Assembly (NCBI GenBank): GCA_051294905.1
Contig: CM119372.1
Coordinates: 40,116,001 to 40,180,000, forward strand
DNA: 64,000 nt
Direction: 5' to 3'
Source: Botryllus schlosseri
Lineage: Eukaryota
In this document: piece by piece, positions 13,251 through 27,369 of the stretch
Position numbering within the stretch: position 1 is the stretch's first letter
Layout of the letters: each line of letters begins with the position of its first letter
Program-made: the position numbers and the translations under genes
Notes under the pieces: model-generated
Databases searched by the model: none
Told to the model about the DNA's origin: nothing
The model's input: only the letters and a program-made list of their open reading frames with translations

Positions 13251-13299
13251 GCTGACGATTACCCTTGACGAGTGTCAGCCGAAAATATTCGGGGTTATT
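13251..13299 (+). ncRNA. Second, degenerate type I hammerhead ribozyme candidate
   Basis: TGACGA core (C3 altered), short stem II whose loop GTCAGC is complementary to upstream GCTGAC, GAAA, palindromic stem III AATATT, cleavage triplet TTC, stem I ACCC/GGGGT. Confidence 0.5.
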
Positions 13300-14237
13300 T
13301 CAATATTAATATATTATTCATATGTAGACTGCAGTTCTGTAGGGCCTACCTCCAAGAAGTTTTTGAAATTGAAATTGCCAACTGTGAAGTTTCTAGAGTT
13401 CGCGGAAGCCAAATGATAGATATATAATAATCCAGTGATTATTGTAGGCCCTACCTCTATCCAAATGATGACTATAGTTACAGAAAATTGATGAAAAAAC
13501 AGCTCAAAACGAGAATTTGTTTGGTAAGAATCCCCGTAAATAACGGATTGTATATTTTATTCCATAGTTAATAGGAATAAACTTACTCCCAGCTCTTGGT
13601 ATTTGCATGATGTGTGAGTTTGACATGTAGGCTATGAGGTTCTATTTCTTGTGGATATGTCCCAACACTTCCGGATGATAGCAAGCAGCTATTTTCTGAA
13701 GTCTCAAGATCGAGATTTATGACTTATCAACTCAGCATCTTATAAAACCCGATATCTTTAATCACAACCCGCGGACTTGGTGATTTAAATTTCCCAAATT
13801 CGTCACCAATCGGTCGTTATTCGATATACCATCGCATTGTGTCCGTAATACGGCGATTAACCCTCCATTTGCCCAAAACTGTTGAAATGATAAGATAAAA
13901 CAACTTCAAAGGGCCCTTACAAACCGCCTTCTCATAATTGTGAAGGCCTCTCTTATTTAAGACCGGCAATTCTGGCTGATAAAATCGGTGGTAATGGAGC
14001 AGAGTCTATGATCGCACGGTAAAATACAAGATGCCAACTTGGACTCTCGTCTCATTAAAAGATTTGATCAGTATCAATGTCATATATATCCTGCTTGAAT
14101 TCTAATTTCGTCCGCGATCGCTATTAGTTGACGAGAGATCAAAGAAAGCATGAGGTAGTAATGGGTGATTGTGTGCTGGTTATGTTGCAAAAAGTCACTA
14201 CAGTTACGTTGGTGTTGAAATTAAAAACAAAAAACTC

Positions 14238-14311
14238 TGGCCAGTACGGGGATCGAACCCGCGACATTCGCGTTATTAGCACGACGCTCTAACCAACTGA
14301 GCTAACCGGCC
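14238..14311 (-). tRNA. tRNA-Ile (anticodon AAT)
   Basis: Reverse complement GGCCGGTTAGCTCAGTTGGTTAGAGCGTCGTGCTAATAACGCGAATGTCGCGGGTTCGATCCCCGTACTGGCCA folds as a cloverleaf; A and B boxes intact; followed by T-runs (Pol III terminator). Confidence 0.96.
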
Positions 14312-14653
14312 GCGACGACGATGCAGACAACTTACGTATACATACCAGTGAACTGAAATAAAGACTTTTGTTTGAGTGATTCTATTCTATTCAGATTTTC
14401 CAATACCGTATCCCTATTACGTGGCGCTAATTGTGTTTTAAATGCCCAATCCTAATAACATCCGAACTATTTTCTCCGTGTTTACATCAGCAGATTTTAC
14501 TGATCATAGTGCTGGCAATATGTTTCGCTGTCACATTTGCGCTAACTAATGGATTTTCATACTGAGCAAATGACGCCAAATGACAACACGTGTTTTCTAT
14601 TTTTCCGTGAACTAAATTTTAAAGTAGGCTACGCATCTAGAACTACTTAAATT

Positions 14654-16767
14654 CCGTTGTCAACAAAATGAAAAAAATAGCAAAACATCTGACTGCCGTT
14701 TTAGGGGTTTTCGCGGTTGCTGATTACGAATACCAAATAGTTTTGCCAGATTGGCGCTGTTCAGAAGATATGTATTTTTGTATACCCATTATAAAGCCCA
14801 AAATTAGTGTTTTTACCCTCGAATATTTCACTTGGTAGGAAGAAATAGTAGTTTTCCTAATTTTATGCGATGCATATATAGATAGACTATGATGAACAAT
14901 CATGTTCTTATCAGTCAATCTATCAATATTAACATGACCTCATGCGAAATATTTGTTTGTCAAAAAAGCTGTTTGTCAAGCCTAACGGTCGTACTTTTGC
15001 ACAACGGAAATGTACAATTCTCATGCATCAATTGATCATTCTATCCAGATCAAAGAGGAGTATAAAGCTATAACAATTTTCCGTGAAAAGCTTAACTACA
15101 ACCAATCAATCAGTTTTTATTATTATTTTCATCATTTCAAAATATCACAAGACTGCGATACAATGGAAAGATAGGAGATGGGACGGTGTCGAAACAACTT
15201 GGAGTAGCCTTTAAGATCAGACATCCACCTTAGCCTAGGCGAAGTAATGAAGAGGCATGCTCACTGAATGAATAGTAATGCAGAGAATATAAGACACAAG
15301 CGACAAAAAGAGGTGGGCGAGGTCGATGTTAGGTCGTGGTCCCGGTAATCCTGAAGACTGGCTAGTATTCATTAAGAAGAAATTGCTTTTATTTCGACTT
15401 GAATGTGGACATGCTCGGCGACTGTCGAATAGCCGGCGAGATGCTGTTCCACAATTGGGGTCCGGCATACTTAATAGAGCAATGCATTTTCTTGTATTCC
15501 GTCCTGATCGTATGGTGGTTCTTCTCCGTTGACACAACGTGTGTTATATAGGCTATTGTGCGTTCTTGACCCCGAGGTGGAGTAGTAGTTTAAATTTGAG
15601 GGACATTGACCGCAATGGAATTGATACATAAACTCAGCAATGTCTAGCTTCCTCATATCTTCCATGTTTAGAACACCAAATCTTTTGAGAAGCGATTTGT
15701 CAGTTGCACATCCAGGCCCCCGTGGGACTTTGGCAATGATACAGGTGATCCGATGTTGAAGTTTTTTGCAGTGGGTCAATCGCACCCCAACAAAGAATTC
15801 ATATTTGTTCATGTCGTTTGACTAGTAAATGGATAACTTCCCGCTTAGTCATACCTAGTTGCCAATCAAACGAGAAGCTTAAATCTGGTATCTTTGATAG
15901 ATTTCGGATTCCGAAACGGATGAAAGATTCCAATTTCATATTAGGAAGGAGCTCACTGCTGCATGTAATTTCTCCTAAGATGTAGCAAATAAAACTATTT
16001 AGATGATCACAAAGCACCCAACTACAAACAATCAATCCGAAAATTCGTATCTGCATATGGAAAACTTGGAATACCCACAAGCATAAAAGTTCACTTTCTG
16101 TTCAGTCATCTTGATATATTTACTCAGCCTCTTGTTGATTAGCCAGGGGGGAGGTTCCACGAAGACATCAAAACAACAAAAGAAAGATATGGGGGAAGAT
16201 GAGATGAACATAGGCTTATGGCAGACCATTGCTGGGACCTTTCGAGAAACTGCACTTACAGACGAAAATCGTACAAAAAACAATTGTGCTTTAAAATAAA
16301 TTAATATTAATATATTGCAACTAATTATTTCAAATTTATAATAGGTGGTTGGCATAAAACTGTTTGAATTATTGCCACGTTATTTAAATATTATTATTAA
16401 ATAAATAAATTTAGATATTGAATATGTAAATACTTATATATATGATTGGAGTTTATCCGTGAAAGTCTTTAACTGTGATAAATCTAATACCCTTAAATAT
16501 AGTGCTGTTGCTGCATTTTGATTTAAAAGAGTCTTCTGTGTGTAAAAATAACATATAAATTCCATTTATAAACTTTATAGTACGACTGAGCCGATTTTCT
16601 ATCCAGCTATTACAGCAAAAATCGGAGGTTTTGGTCAAAATATCCCCATGAGTTACCTCCAAATCAAGAGACAATTTGAAAGACAAGGTCATATTCGGAA
16701 TCAGTTCCCTTCAGAACCTCCAAAACCACTCTTACTTTGTCTGCATAAAAATATGTGTTGACCAGTG
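14654..16767 (+). mobile_element. Decayed Chapaev3-type (CMC superfamily) DNA transposon, interrupted by a LINE
   Basis: Plus-strand peptides SNEKLKSGIFD (about 15868) and DHKAPNYKQSIRKFVSAYGKLGIPTSIKVHFLFSHLDIF...RFHEDIKTTKERYGGR*...MADHCW (about 16005-16240); right end GTTGACCAGTG|TAA; left end degenerate and approximate. Confidence 0.75.
15100..15790 (-). mobile_element. 5'-truncated LINE (CR1/L2 group): ORF2 C-terminus, 3' UTR and (TTGA)n tail
   Basis: KLQHRITCIIAKVPRGPGCATDKSLLKRFGVLNMEDMRKLDIAEFMYQFHCG, homologous to 63050-63875; AATAAA followed by TGATTGATTG on the minus strand. Confidence 0.85.
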
Positions 16768-19164
16768 TAATTTGTACAGGTCTGACCGACAGATATACCA
16801 ACTCATTTGCATATAACATCATTGTGATGCCTCGTATTTTGGCTACATGTACTAGGCCAAAGTGGGTGCTTGATTGAAACACCGCAACTAGTCGTTAAGA
16901 TTCCATCTCATCTGTAAATTTTATCGCAATTTAGCGGTGTTTTAAAATGATGAAAATGTTAATGAACTGAGTTGAATACAGGCATCCCGGTGAAATGATG
17001 ATTTAATCGCCCGGGTGCATCTCCCAAACATGCCTTACTTTCGTGTTATCAAGTTTCGTGATTCACGAGAATACAGTGTCTTTTCTACACCCTACACGTA
17101 TATGTAAAAAACGCAACCGTTTCCTTCACAGCTATCGCTAGATAGCCTGTAACAACTCAAATAAACTCGTCATCTTTTCCAAATTAGATTTAGGACTGGA
17201 ATTACTGAATTCGTCAAAACTTGAAAGTCGAATTAAATTCATGAATCGAAAGAAATACAACAAAAATCAAGCTCACGTCATATCAAATCAGAATGCTTTG
17301 CCGTAAAAGCGAGAATGGCGAATGTCTGTACAACAAGCTTGGTTCGTTTCGCAAGATACAGTTCTTCTGCAGCATTTTCAGGAAACCCAGAAGTAAGATT
17401 AGAATGCAAATGGAAGTATAGAAAAATTTGACAAATTAGATTAGACTTACATTACCGGTATTTTTCTCCAATTAAAATTATCTAGATGTCCGACCGCGAT
17501 GAATACGTATAATTTGTGGGATAGAAAGCAAGCGTCATCAATAATCGCCGCACGAAATCCGCGTTAATTCGTATTATACCGAAGGCAAATGATGGCGATG
17601 ATGTCGGTGATTTGTAAAGCCATCGTCGAGAGGTCGAGCGGCGAAGATGTGCGCTTTCAGATTCCGATCTGGCGTTTGAAAATGTCGAATGTCGTCGGAA
17701 TGCGTGACAGACGCAACACGGTGATTCATTGGCGAGGCTTTGAAGGGTTTGTAAAATTGCGGATTATATACAAACACTCGGTAGGCTTCAAACGGGAATG
17801 CCATTTCTCTAATCTTGAATCCACGGGGTTGTGGTAGATCGTAGCCTTTTGTTGTAGAGTTGGACAACTTGGAAATTTACAGATTTTCCAAATTAGATTG
17901 GAATAAGAATGATAGCCACAAAGATTTATTCGTAAATTGGATTAGATTTATAATTTCGTAATTCGTAATAAGTAGGAAATTGAGTTAGGCCTACTTCGGA
18001 ATGAGAAAGACATACAACAAAAGAAGTTGATATCTAAGATTTGGTACTCATAAGCTCGACAATGACAAATGTCTGTACACCGAGCTTGGCTCTATTCACA
18101 CGATACAGTTCTCCTGTATCATTTTCACGAGAATCTGAAATTAGAATTAAAATCCACATAGAAACAAATTTCACAAATTGTGTTAGAATTAGATTACCAA
18201 CATCTTTCTCTAACCATAATAATAGTTGCTACGATTGATTGACGTAAGTTGGACAATTATAATTTTAAACGTCCAAATTCTCTAAGCATCGCGAAACTAA
18301 GATTGTGTACGCACCTTCAAGTCGGCGTGATGGTAGCCTTACCACCAGCGGTGGTCAATATAGTGAGCGTAACTACTGTGTACCTCCGAGAAGCTTTTCT
18401 ATACACCAAATGCATGGTTTCAATATGAATATGCTAGTCAAGTTTTTAGAAGGCAAAGTTTTGCAAATTGTCACAATATTATCGTATCATATTTACAAAA
18501 TTCAAAAGATTCCACGCATCATCTGCTAAGACCGGAATATTTTTGAAGATAATGTATACATCTTACCATACCATGCTGTAGATAGAAATATGACCTGTAG
18601 ATTTGGCCTTGGAAATGATGGTGAATCGCGTGATCACGTTGTGTAATTACGGCGAAAGCCTACAAAATGGCGGATAAGAGCCTGCATGAAATGACGGAAA
18701 ATCTCGTCTTCGTTCGAGCTTCGATTTGTCATGATTTTCAAGAATATTGATTCTGTTTTGCGCGCATACCAAGTGTATAAGATTCCGGCAACAATTTATT
18801 AGTCACGGATTAGATAGCACGGTACTTAACAATGTTTGTGGTTGATATTATGCCGCAGAAGTATAGAGTATAGACTCTTTTACATAAACGATTGCAGATA
18901 TAAGTATATTGTAACTAAATGTGGTTCGTTCTAAGGATTGGTCAACGTACTCATCGCTGGTACTCAAGTATAAAAGTAGAAGTAGCGATTCCAAGATAAA
19001 ATCAGAATTACTTGATATGGAAGTAGAAAATAAAGGTCTTCGAAGCACTCGAGTCAGTATAGTTGTACAACGTATATATACATCTGCTCGAGGAATCGCA
19101 TATGCTTCGAACAGTGACTCAGCGGTGGCTTCTTTTGAAATTTCAAAACTATACCTGTCTAATT

Positions 19165-19601
19165 AGACGAATTAGAGCGAAATGCTGCAAATCTAAATCT
19201 ATAACCTAATTTGTTGAATGTTTCTTTGCTCTCATGTTCATTCTAATCTAATTTCTCGCTTTTCTCACAAAAGAACTAAATAGTGCGAATAGTGCCATTC
19301 TCATGCTGATAAGAATGAATTATGATTTGATATGAAATGAACTCGATTCAAAGTCCAAGTTTTTGTGAATTCAGTAATTATATCTTTAATTTAATTTGAT
19401 GAAAAAAAAACTATGAAGTTATCATTCTAATTCTAATATAATTTGACAAAACTGTAGTTATAATTTTTCATTTTTTTCTAATTTGAAAAAATGCGTAACT
19501 ATAACTATGATTAAATTCTAATTTCGAGAAAACGTTGTAGCTGTACTCCTAGTTCAAATCTAATTTGGAAATGCTAAAAATTTTGTGGTTGTCAAAGTCT
19601 G
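19165..19601. repeat. Old dispersed MITE-like family with TTAGAATTAG/CTAATTCTAA subrepeats (representative copy)
   Basis: Shared core and GACTTGGACAAC/GTTGTCCAAGTC-like ends; related copies at about 8250-8560, 17150-17480, 17855-18220, 21200-21490, 28271-28494, 44843-45051 and 48820-49954. Confidence 0.7.
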
Positions 19602-19730
19602 CTCAAAATAATTTTATCCACCGGGTCCGGATGTTATTATTATTAAACTTCCGAAAAAACTGCTGGATTTGAGTGATTGAAATGAGTTTCAGTTTGCATT
19701 TTAAGTTCTTTTGTTTCTATACGAACAGTG

Positions 19731-19732
19731 AA

Positions 19733-19765
<33 letters not shown>

Positions 19766-19791
19766 GAGATAGAGCGAGAGAGCGAGAGAGA
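19731..19791. repeat. (GA)n microsatellite
   Basis: Imperfect GA dinucleotide run. Confidence 0.9.
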
Positions 19792-20559
19792 GGTATTCGT
19801 TTTCGCCTGCACCACCGAGATTCTTTTGACGACGGAGACGCGATACGACCGTAAGGTCATCCAGTCAGCACCCCCGTTTTTTCTCCTCCGTGCTATCCGT
19901 GGATGCTGACCGCCTAGCACAGGGGCGGGCAACATACGGCCCGCGGGCCGGATTCGGCTCGCGGACAGTTTTCTGTCTTATATTATAATGTGGTCCGCGG
20001 CCCCAGTCTGCGTAGATTCCCCACTATATGCTTACTACGTCAAATGTTAGTGACTGTATTTTATTACACGTGTATGCGCAGAGTACGAGAGCGGAGCTTA
20101 CGCGTAAGTTCGTCGAAGCGAGAAGACTTGCATTATCGGCATTTACGATGTACTCAACCCTAGTGTTGTTTGTGGTAATCATGGCGTTTGTCGACTACAA
20201 TGGTCGTTTACACCAGGATGATATTTATTATTTTTGATTCCGTAACCGCCGAGTTGTAGCACGGCACACTTCTAGACTTTTGTAAGACACCGTTTATGCC
20301 AGGGGTTGCCATCTCAGAACGGGTCGCGGGCCACTTTTCAAATTTCGAATAGGACGCGGGCATGAATTCAATATCGAGATTAATTAGGCCACACAGTTGA
20401 ACAACGACGCTATCTCGTCACCTACTCAACCCTAACGAATTGATATCTTGATAAATTTGGGGTACCGGGCTTATCGAACGCCTTGAAATCCTAATTATAA
20501 GGATTGCACCGTGTGTTTGATTGATCAGAAAGAAGCGAACATGGCGGCGCCCGCCCGTC

Positions 20560-20672
20560 GACCGGAGAAGTTGCCCGCCCCTGTTAGCAGGATCGCAGCG
20601 GATACCAGTTTTCAATAAGTCTTTGGTCTGTCCCGGCCGGGGATCGAACCCACGACCTACCGATCAAGAAGC
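20560..20672 (-). mobile_element. Truncated tRNA-derived SINE fragment
   Basis: Minus strand has B box GGTTCGATCCC followed by ACCAAAGACTTATTGAAAACTGGTATCCGCTGC; no A box or complete cloverleaf. Confidence 0.55.
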
Positions 20673-23459
20673 ATCTGGCATCGATCATTTCAAGTACAAG
20701 TTGTCGTATATTAATATCGCAGTCTCACCATGCTTAACTTAATGTTTGTTTGGGATTTATCTCACTTCAACGAGACCGAATCCGGCCATAGAAATAACTC
20801 AACTTTATTATGATACATGGCCGAAAATTATTCACGCCGCCATCAGCTTTTCCAATTCCAATTCGCCCATAATCTGTCAGTGAAGCATTCAGTAGCGAAG
20901 CAACCTCGGAATTTGAAGGTAAGGTGTAAATACGGAGCGGCCTTTGTAATTTATTCGACCGTAAGCGACGCGATGCGCCGGAGAATGATAATATCATAAC
21001 TGCAGATTAATTTTGAAAATCATCGCGACCCGTTACTGCGCTATCTGTCACGAACACTCCTTGGAAACGTGAACTGTAGCGGAATATTCATTCCTACAAA
21101 TTTATTCCTAGAGAGACTTCCACAATTACATCATTCTAGTTGTATAATGAGACAAATTGAAGTGAAAAGCCAGTCTGATTTGCGAACCATTTAATGCTGT
21201 CGTATAAATTTTAATTTTATTTCTCTCGCTATTTAGGAAATGCTACAGGAGAACTGTATCGAGGCAATCTTTGTATACAGACATTATTCATTCTCGTGCT
21301 TATCTAGATGAACTCTGATTTGATATGGAGTCACCTTGATTTTTGCTGTATTGTTTCTAATTCGATTTCAAAATATTTTCAGAATCACTCATTCTAATTC
21401 TAATTAAATTTGGAAAAAAGTGTAGCTATCATGCTTATTATAATCTAATTCGGAAAGTCTGTAAATGTAGTAGTTGGAGAGCTCCAACTTGTTACTAGCC
21501 CAAACGTGAAATGGAACGACCTCACTCGCGACGAGCTGGTTAATCTTGACTGATTTACGGCAAACGAGGCGTCTCGCAGTACGGCGGTGAACCGGAACTT
21601 ATTATATGTGACAATGAATTATTCTGTCAACAATGCAGTGGACGACTGCGAATTCACCAACGGTTTTACGCTCGAAATTTGACGGAATATAGTGAAAATG
21701 TATCGAACCAAAGATGGCGAGTATAGTTAAGTACTTGTGCTTTTGGAGTACTCTAGCACGTGCACTAAAGGGGCCGTGTTTCAGAATACTTCCGATTCTA
21801 CTTGAAGAGTTTTGTAGGCAAAACTATATTAACTACTGACTAATATGCTTGCTACCTACTACGTTACACACTACTTGTTTAAACTTTGGACTTTATAAAG
21901 TAGAAAGTAGTTTGGGATAAGTTTGAGTCATTATTACGAGTGAAATTGTCATGGCAACTGAACGGAATAGTCACTGTATCACGACAACTAAAATATATAT
22001 TTAGAAGATTCTATTTAATCGTATTTCATTTGTTACTTTGATTTAATGAGGAAGATATGTCCTGCAATTTCGGAACTGCAAAAAGTTATTGTTATTTTTT
22101 TTTTTTGATAATAATTGTTAAAATAATGTTGTGATGCTTATAAAGTCGAATATCTATTGCACCACAAGTTTTTCAGGTAATTGTATAAAGAGATGCTACA
22201 TATTCACAATATAAAGTTAATTCTCATGAATCATTCATAACGCAACTATACAAAGTCGATTACATGTAAAATGTTGGTATCAGTCAATAATTTGTTAATT
22301 TATTTGCTCAAATGGCTAAAAGTATGCGATACCTATAGATCAAATCTATTTTTCGGAACAATTTATTTTGTACTTCCACACTTCAGGTACTTTTGTCAAG
22401 TCTCGGCAAATGATGACGCTAGAAATCGACTTGCCATTTCCACTTGAGTAGCAACCTGGATTACTACACCATTTGTACAAAAATCAAGGCCTCGGGACTA
22501 GGGTTGGCCGCAATGTGTAATGCAAAGTGTTCGAATCGGAATCAATAATTTAATCTAATTGATTCGAGTCGAGTAGTTGAAGATGGTTTTTCGATTGCCT
22601 AAAATTACACGCTCTTTGCCAATAAGAATTAATTTACAGACGAGAGCGATACAGTTACGACTCACGCTACTATTTTTCACAGCGGAAGCCTTCAAACCTC
22701 GATCGGTTGTGTCGCAGCGTACGAAACATGTCGTTAGTACAAAAAACGTTAGTGGAAATGAGTCAAAGGACGAATCTGTGAAGTCGTGATCAAACCACAG
22801 CATTGTCGCAGAGTGCAATACATGGTCGAAAAAATAATAAATCATCTTTCATGAGGTGCAAAACTGGCATGATATCCTTTGTAGTCGCGAAAATGGTGAA
22901 TTTGTAAACCTTCCGCGTGTTTTATGCTCTAACTAGGAAGCCATAACGAGTGATACCAAAATACCCAGCTCGGCACCTAATATCCGATTAAGAATCGAAG
23001 CACTCCGATAATCAACTTTGCCAGACCTTCTCGTAGCATCACGAATTTTCCTGTTCGTAATTCCAAACCAGTCCGGAATATCATGGGTGCTTCCCCAGTC
23101 GCGTGCGACAAAACCTCTCGAATTTACAAGTTGTTTTACAAGACCGGCAATATTATTTTAGCGTCGCCGCATTCAAACCGTTTGTTTTGATTAACAACAT
23201 GAGCTGTGTCGCTATTTACGACTGAAGAGAAGCACTCGAGATATTTGAAGCTATTCGGAGGCATTACTTCGTTATACTACCCAAACTGAATGTATTATTT
23301 TGGGCGAACGCGGTTGATATGAAAATATTGTTTCTGACACGAATCGCGTCCGAGCACGTTGTGTTATAACTATTGCTGGGCAAATTCAAGTGGCTGAGGG
23401 ATTCGATTCTGAATCGAGAATTTGGCTGAAGGTTGATGATATGGATTCACAGATATGTC

Positions 23460-24460
23460 TAGGGGTGGTGTGAACGTGAGGTTCACGTTCGCGTTCTGTG
23501 TGTGAACCTCAGAAATTTAGAGGTTCACGTTCACAAACGAACCTTGGTAGGTTCTGGACTGTGAACCTTTTTCATATAATAATATTTTCGCTTCATTATA
23601 ACATCTTTGGTTGAAATTTATTGCATTTCAACTGCGGGCCACTCTATGCATGGCGCTGGCAGGATAAAAAAAATCAACACTAAACGAGCATGCACCTTGA
23701 CAATCTCAAATATTTTACTTGCTTTGTTGCAAAAGTTTGCTCGAAATATCCAGCTTTCCGTTTGTGAATATTTAGTGACGCTCTGCTGTGAGATTAACCC
23801 GCAAGCACACAATATCAAAAGCGAAATACACTACATGTAGACAGCGAATGATTCTTATTCAACCAATCAATAGAATTGATATCGTTGTCTGATTTAGAAA
23901 ATCTAGCAGGCATACGGGGCCAGGGTCGATATTGACTTCATATGTTTATTGCATTACATAAACCAAATCCGTGCAATTGGGGAGTTGGGAACTGTTGTAA
24001 AACTTGTTAAGGTAGTAATATCGGTAGCAAGTATAGAAACCCGTTTTACACTCTGCTCGATATCAACGTAGCAATACTCGGACGCCTAATGCATTGTCCG
24101 GCCTGACCTATATCGTTAAGGCGTAAGCTTATATCTCCTTGCAAGTCCTCGTCGAAATTGTTGGGAACGCGACGGAAGATATTGATTTTATGGGATTATT
24201 ATATCATTTGATTGCCCCAGTTGATACATTTGGCGACGTTTAAAACGTCCGCATTGTGGCATTATGTGACTCGAGTCGTCGCTAGGCATCGTGCACACTG
24301 CACATTAATATAGGCTATCACTTCACTGAAATGTAGGGTTGGAATTAGCAATATGACGTCACGTGACGTCATAAGGTTCACGTTCGCGTTCACACAGAAC
24401 CTTTCAAAAACGTTCGCGTTCACACGAACCTGAACCTTTCATAGGTTCACACCATCCCTA
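23460..24460. mobile_element. hAT-type non-autonomous element
   Basis: TIR TAGGGGTGGTGTGAAC/GTTCACACCATCCCTA; TSD GATATGTC; GTTCAC subterminal repeats. Confidence 0.9.
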
Positions 24461-27369
24461 GATATGTCCTTTCCAGTAAAGTGTGTATCTTTGTACTACA
24501 TGCTACGTATGCTGCGATACGACTGAAGTTTAGCCACTTATTGTGGCAAGGAACGTATTATTTAAGTAGGCCTACTAGAAGGAATCATCTCTCCTGTCCG
24601 GCTCGAATCATCATAATTAAAACTTGACTCAGAATATAGTACCCGAGTCATTGCGCCCAGCTTTATAGCTAGGAGTGGGGTTATATATAATGCGTTACGT
24701 TTGATGGTGCTGATAAATGTGTTATGCAAAAAAAATAGGAACAGTGAGCGACAATTATTATAATATTCGTATTTCAGTTATTATTTTCAATATGCTATCT
24801 TGGCTGATAAACGAGAGAAGATAGGGAGTGAAGTTGCAACGGCGATAGTACAATAGATTTGAAGAGATAATCAAGTCCATGAACATCGGACCTTTCCATG
24901 GAACATGCCGAGATTTCCTATAAGAGTCTCGTGCTGAGAGCGTGAAAAGGCGACACTTGATTCGCGAGTAATCTCTTTAGAACTTTCATTCCCTCGCAAC
25001 AAAAGGCCGCGTTTACACGAAATCCGAAAGGGTCACCCGTGTTGTAATTACCGAAGTACACGGATTCAGGTAATTCGAATCCTACTTCGTATGTTTAGCG
25101 GGATCTCGGTTTTCTTGTTCCTTTACAAATGTAGACTCGACACGGGGACTGCGAAAAGGTTACTATCGATGTGACAGCGTACCAATCGTATACGATGGAG
25201 ATCTGATCACATGAGACTTGGGACAATTGCTATAGCTTTCACAACTATGGTAGAGTCGAGCATCACTCAACAATATAGCGGGATAGTATTCCGTCGTCAA
25301 TCCGACAGTCTCCGAGCGGCACTTTCGTGTCAAAATAGAAACGGATTTTGTCAAACTATAGTCAGCGAACTATGATCTTACACATCTACTTCTCATATAA
25401 CGATGCATGCCAGTTGATTTTCATCGCTTGTCCTTTTATAGTATCTTTAAATAGATCACATCCTATGAAGGCTACTTGCCTATTATTTACATGTTTCAGT
25501 CCAGTGGCTCTTCACCGGTGTTCCGTGGCGCACTACGGGTTCCACGAACCAGTCTCAGGGGTTCCGCGGAGAGGTGGAGACACACACTCAACTCACACAT
25601 ATGATTTGTGATGATCCGCCGGTCTTGGTTACCATTGATTGCAGGCAATTAAAACCGATCAGTAGTCGAATTATGACTGTTACGCCGCGATGACACGTCG
25701 TGTGCACTGGCGTACGCATTATGATATGTGGGGGTTCGAAATCGAATCGTCGACATCCTGAAATGTCTATTCCATCTCTACTATTTATAAGCTCATTTAT
25801 TATCAAGCAATTGACATGATACTGTTGAAGCGCAGTTCATTTTGTGCACTAATAATCTATAGTAATGTATTCCCTGTCTAGTTAGTTATGCATTGTGGAG
25901 ACTGAACGGACATGTAGGCCGTAGGGTTCCGCGAAGGCTTCTAGATTAGCGTAAATGTTCCTTGGTCTAGTAAATGTAAACGTTTAGAACCAAGGTTGGT
26001 ACTTGATTAAAAGACTACTCCAAGTCGTTTCGACACCTTCCTATCTTTTCATTCTTACGGAATCTTCTGATGTTTTACAATGCTGAACTGATCAATAAGC
26101 TGCACGGAACTAACTATTTTCGCGAGATAGTTGTGATACTATGAAAAGAAAGGAAGTGAATTGGATGGCATCCAACGCTCAATATATCATATAGTAATAA
26201 TAAATGAGCTTTTAAAAATGAGCGGTACACGGGAAACACAAAGAAATAGCCTAAAATGGGCAAACAATGACAATAAAAATTCATGCTTCTGAGTGAAGTG
26301 TGGCCAAAAACGTGATTCGCAAAGGGCATGAAAACTATTGAAATTATCAACGATATACGACGAATATACTCTTGGAGGTGCATAACTTCAGTATAACATT
26401 GAAAAGTGTATTCATATTGAAATAACCATACCATGGATGACTTTTCCACTATACCTGTCGAAGCGGAGGTCAAGAAATGTGACTTTATTTTGACAACACG
26501 CAGCCTCGAGTCGATTGTTACGGCACGCGACTTTTATTTAGATAAAGTTCTAAGATGCTCGTGGCGAGTCGGCTAGCGGAAAGTTGTCAGCTTTTGTGCG
26601 ATTTTTACCTCGACAGCTTTTGTGTTCATGCCGTCAATCAACTAAGTCCTAAACATTTAATCGTTAGATACCGAATTCCAAGTTACAGGCAGGTGAGAGA
26701 TCAGTCGTTCGCGTGATCCCGAAATAAGCCCAATGCCCGATCCGTAAAGTCGGGCCCTTGCGTTCAGGGAGACAATAAAACAACCAGCATTATTCGTAAC
26801 AATGACAAGCTGGTTTACCCGCAAAAATAATATCCATTGTTGCGATCAAGGAAGTCGTAAAAATGGCGGTAATTGTATCGAGCACGACTCTTGTCTGAAA
26901 ATAAAACAAACTATAACCGGCAACACAAAACATAGATATTCTTCATTCAGCATCAGAAATATGTCCATTGTTGATATCTGTCAGTGACTTCCAGACCCAT
27001 TGTGAGAAGCGGGTTTGGCCGCGTAGAAGCGCAACGACACGTGACCGCGAGTCAGCACCTTTTCTGAAATTGTCAGAAATAATTCCGACCATCTGGTAGC
27101 GATGTGTTGTTTACCTAACGGTATCATCCTGGAATCACATGAATGGCGGGATGATGATGGCTTGATGGTGGCCGGTTTCTCTCGGAAACTCCGGACCCGG
27201 CTAGCAAGCTAGTTTTCCCTCACGAGCAGAGATCGACAACCAAAACATTTCAGCTTTTTTAAATTAGACTAGAGTTCCAATGATAACCACAATTTTCTAC
27301 GAATTCCATTATAGATCGACTTACTACATTCGTAAAAACTTGAAAATTGAATTCAACTATGAATTAGAA

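Noticed and set aside
17574..17867. 97-aa minus-strand ORF with a His-rich end
   Set aside because: No recognisable domain or partner exons; its start overlaps a repeat end.
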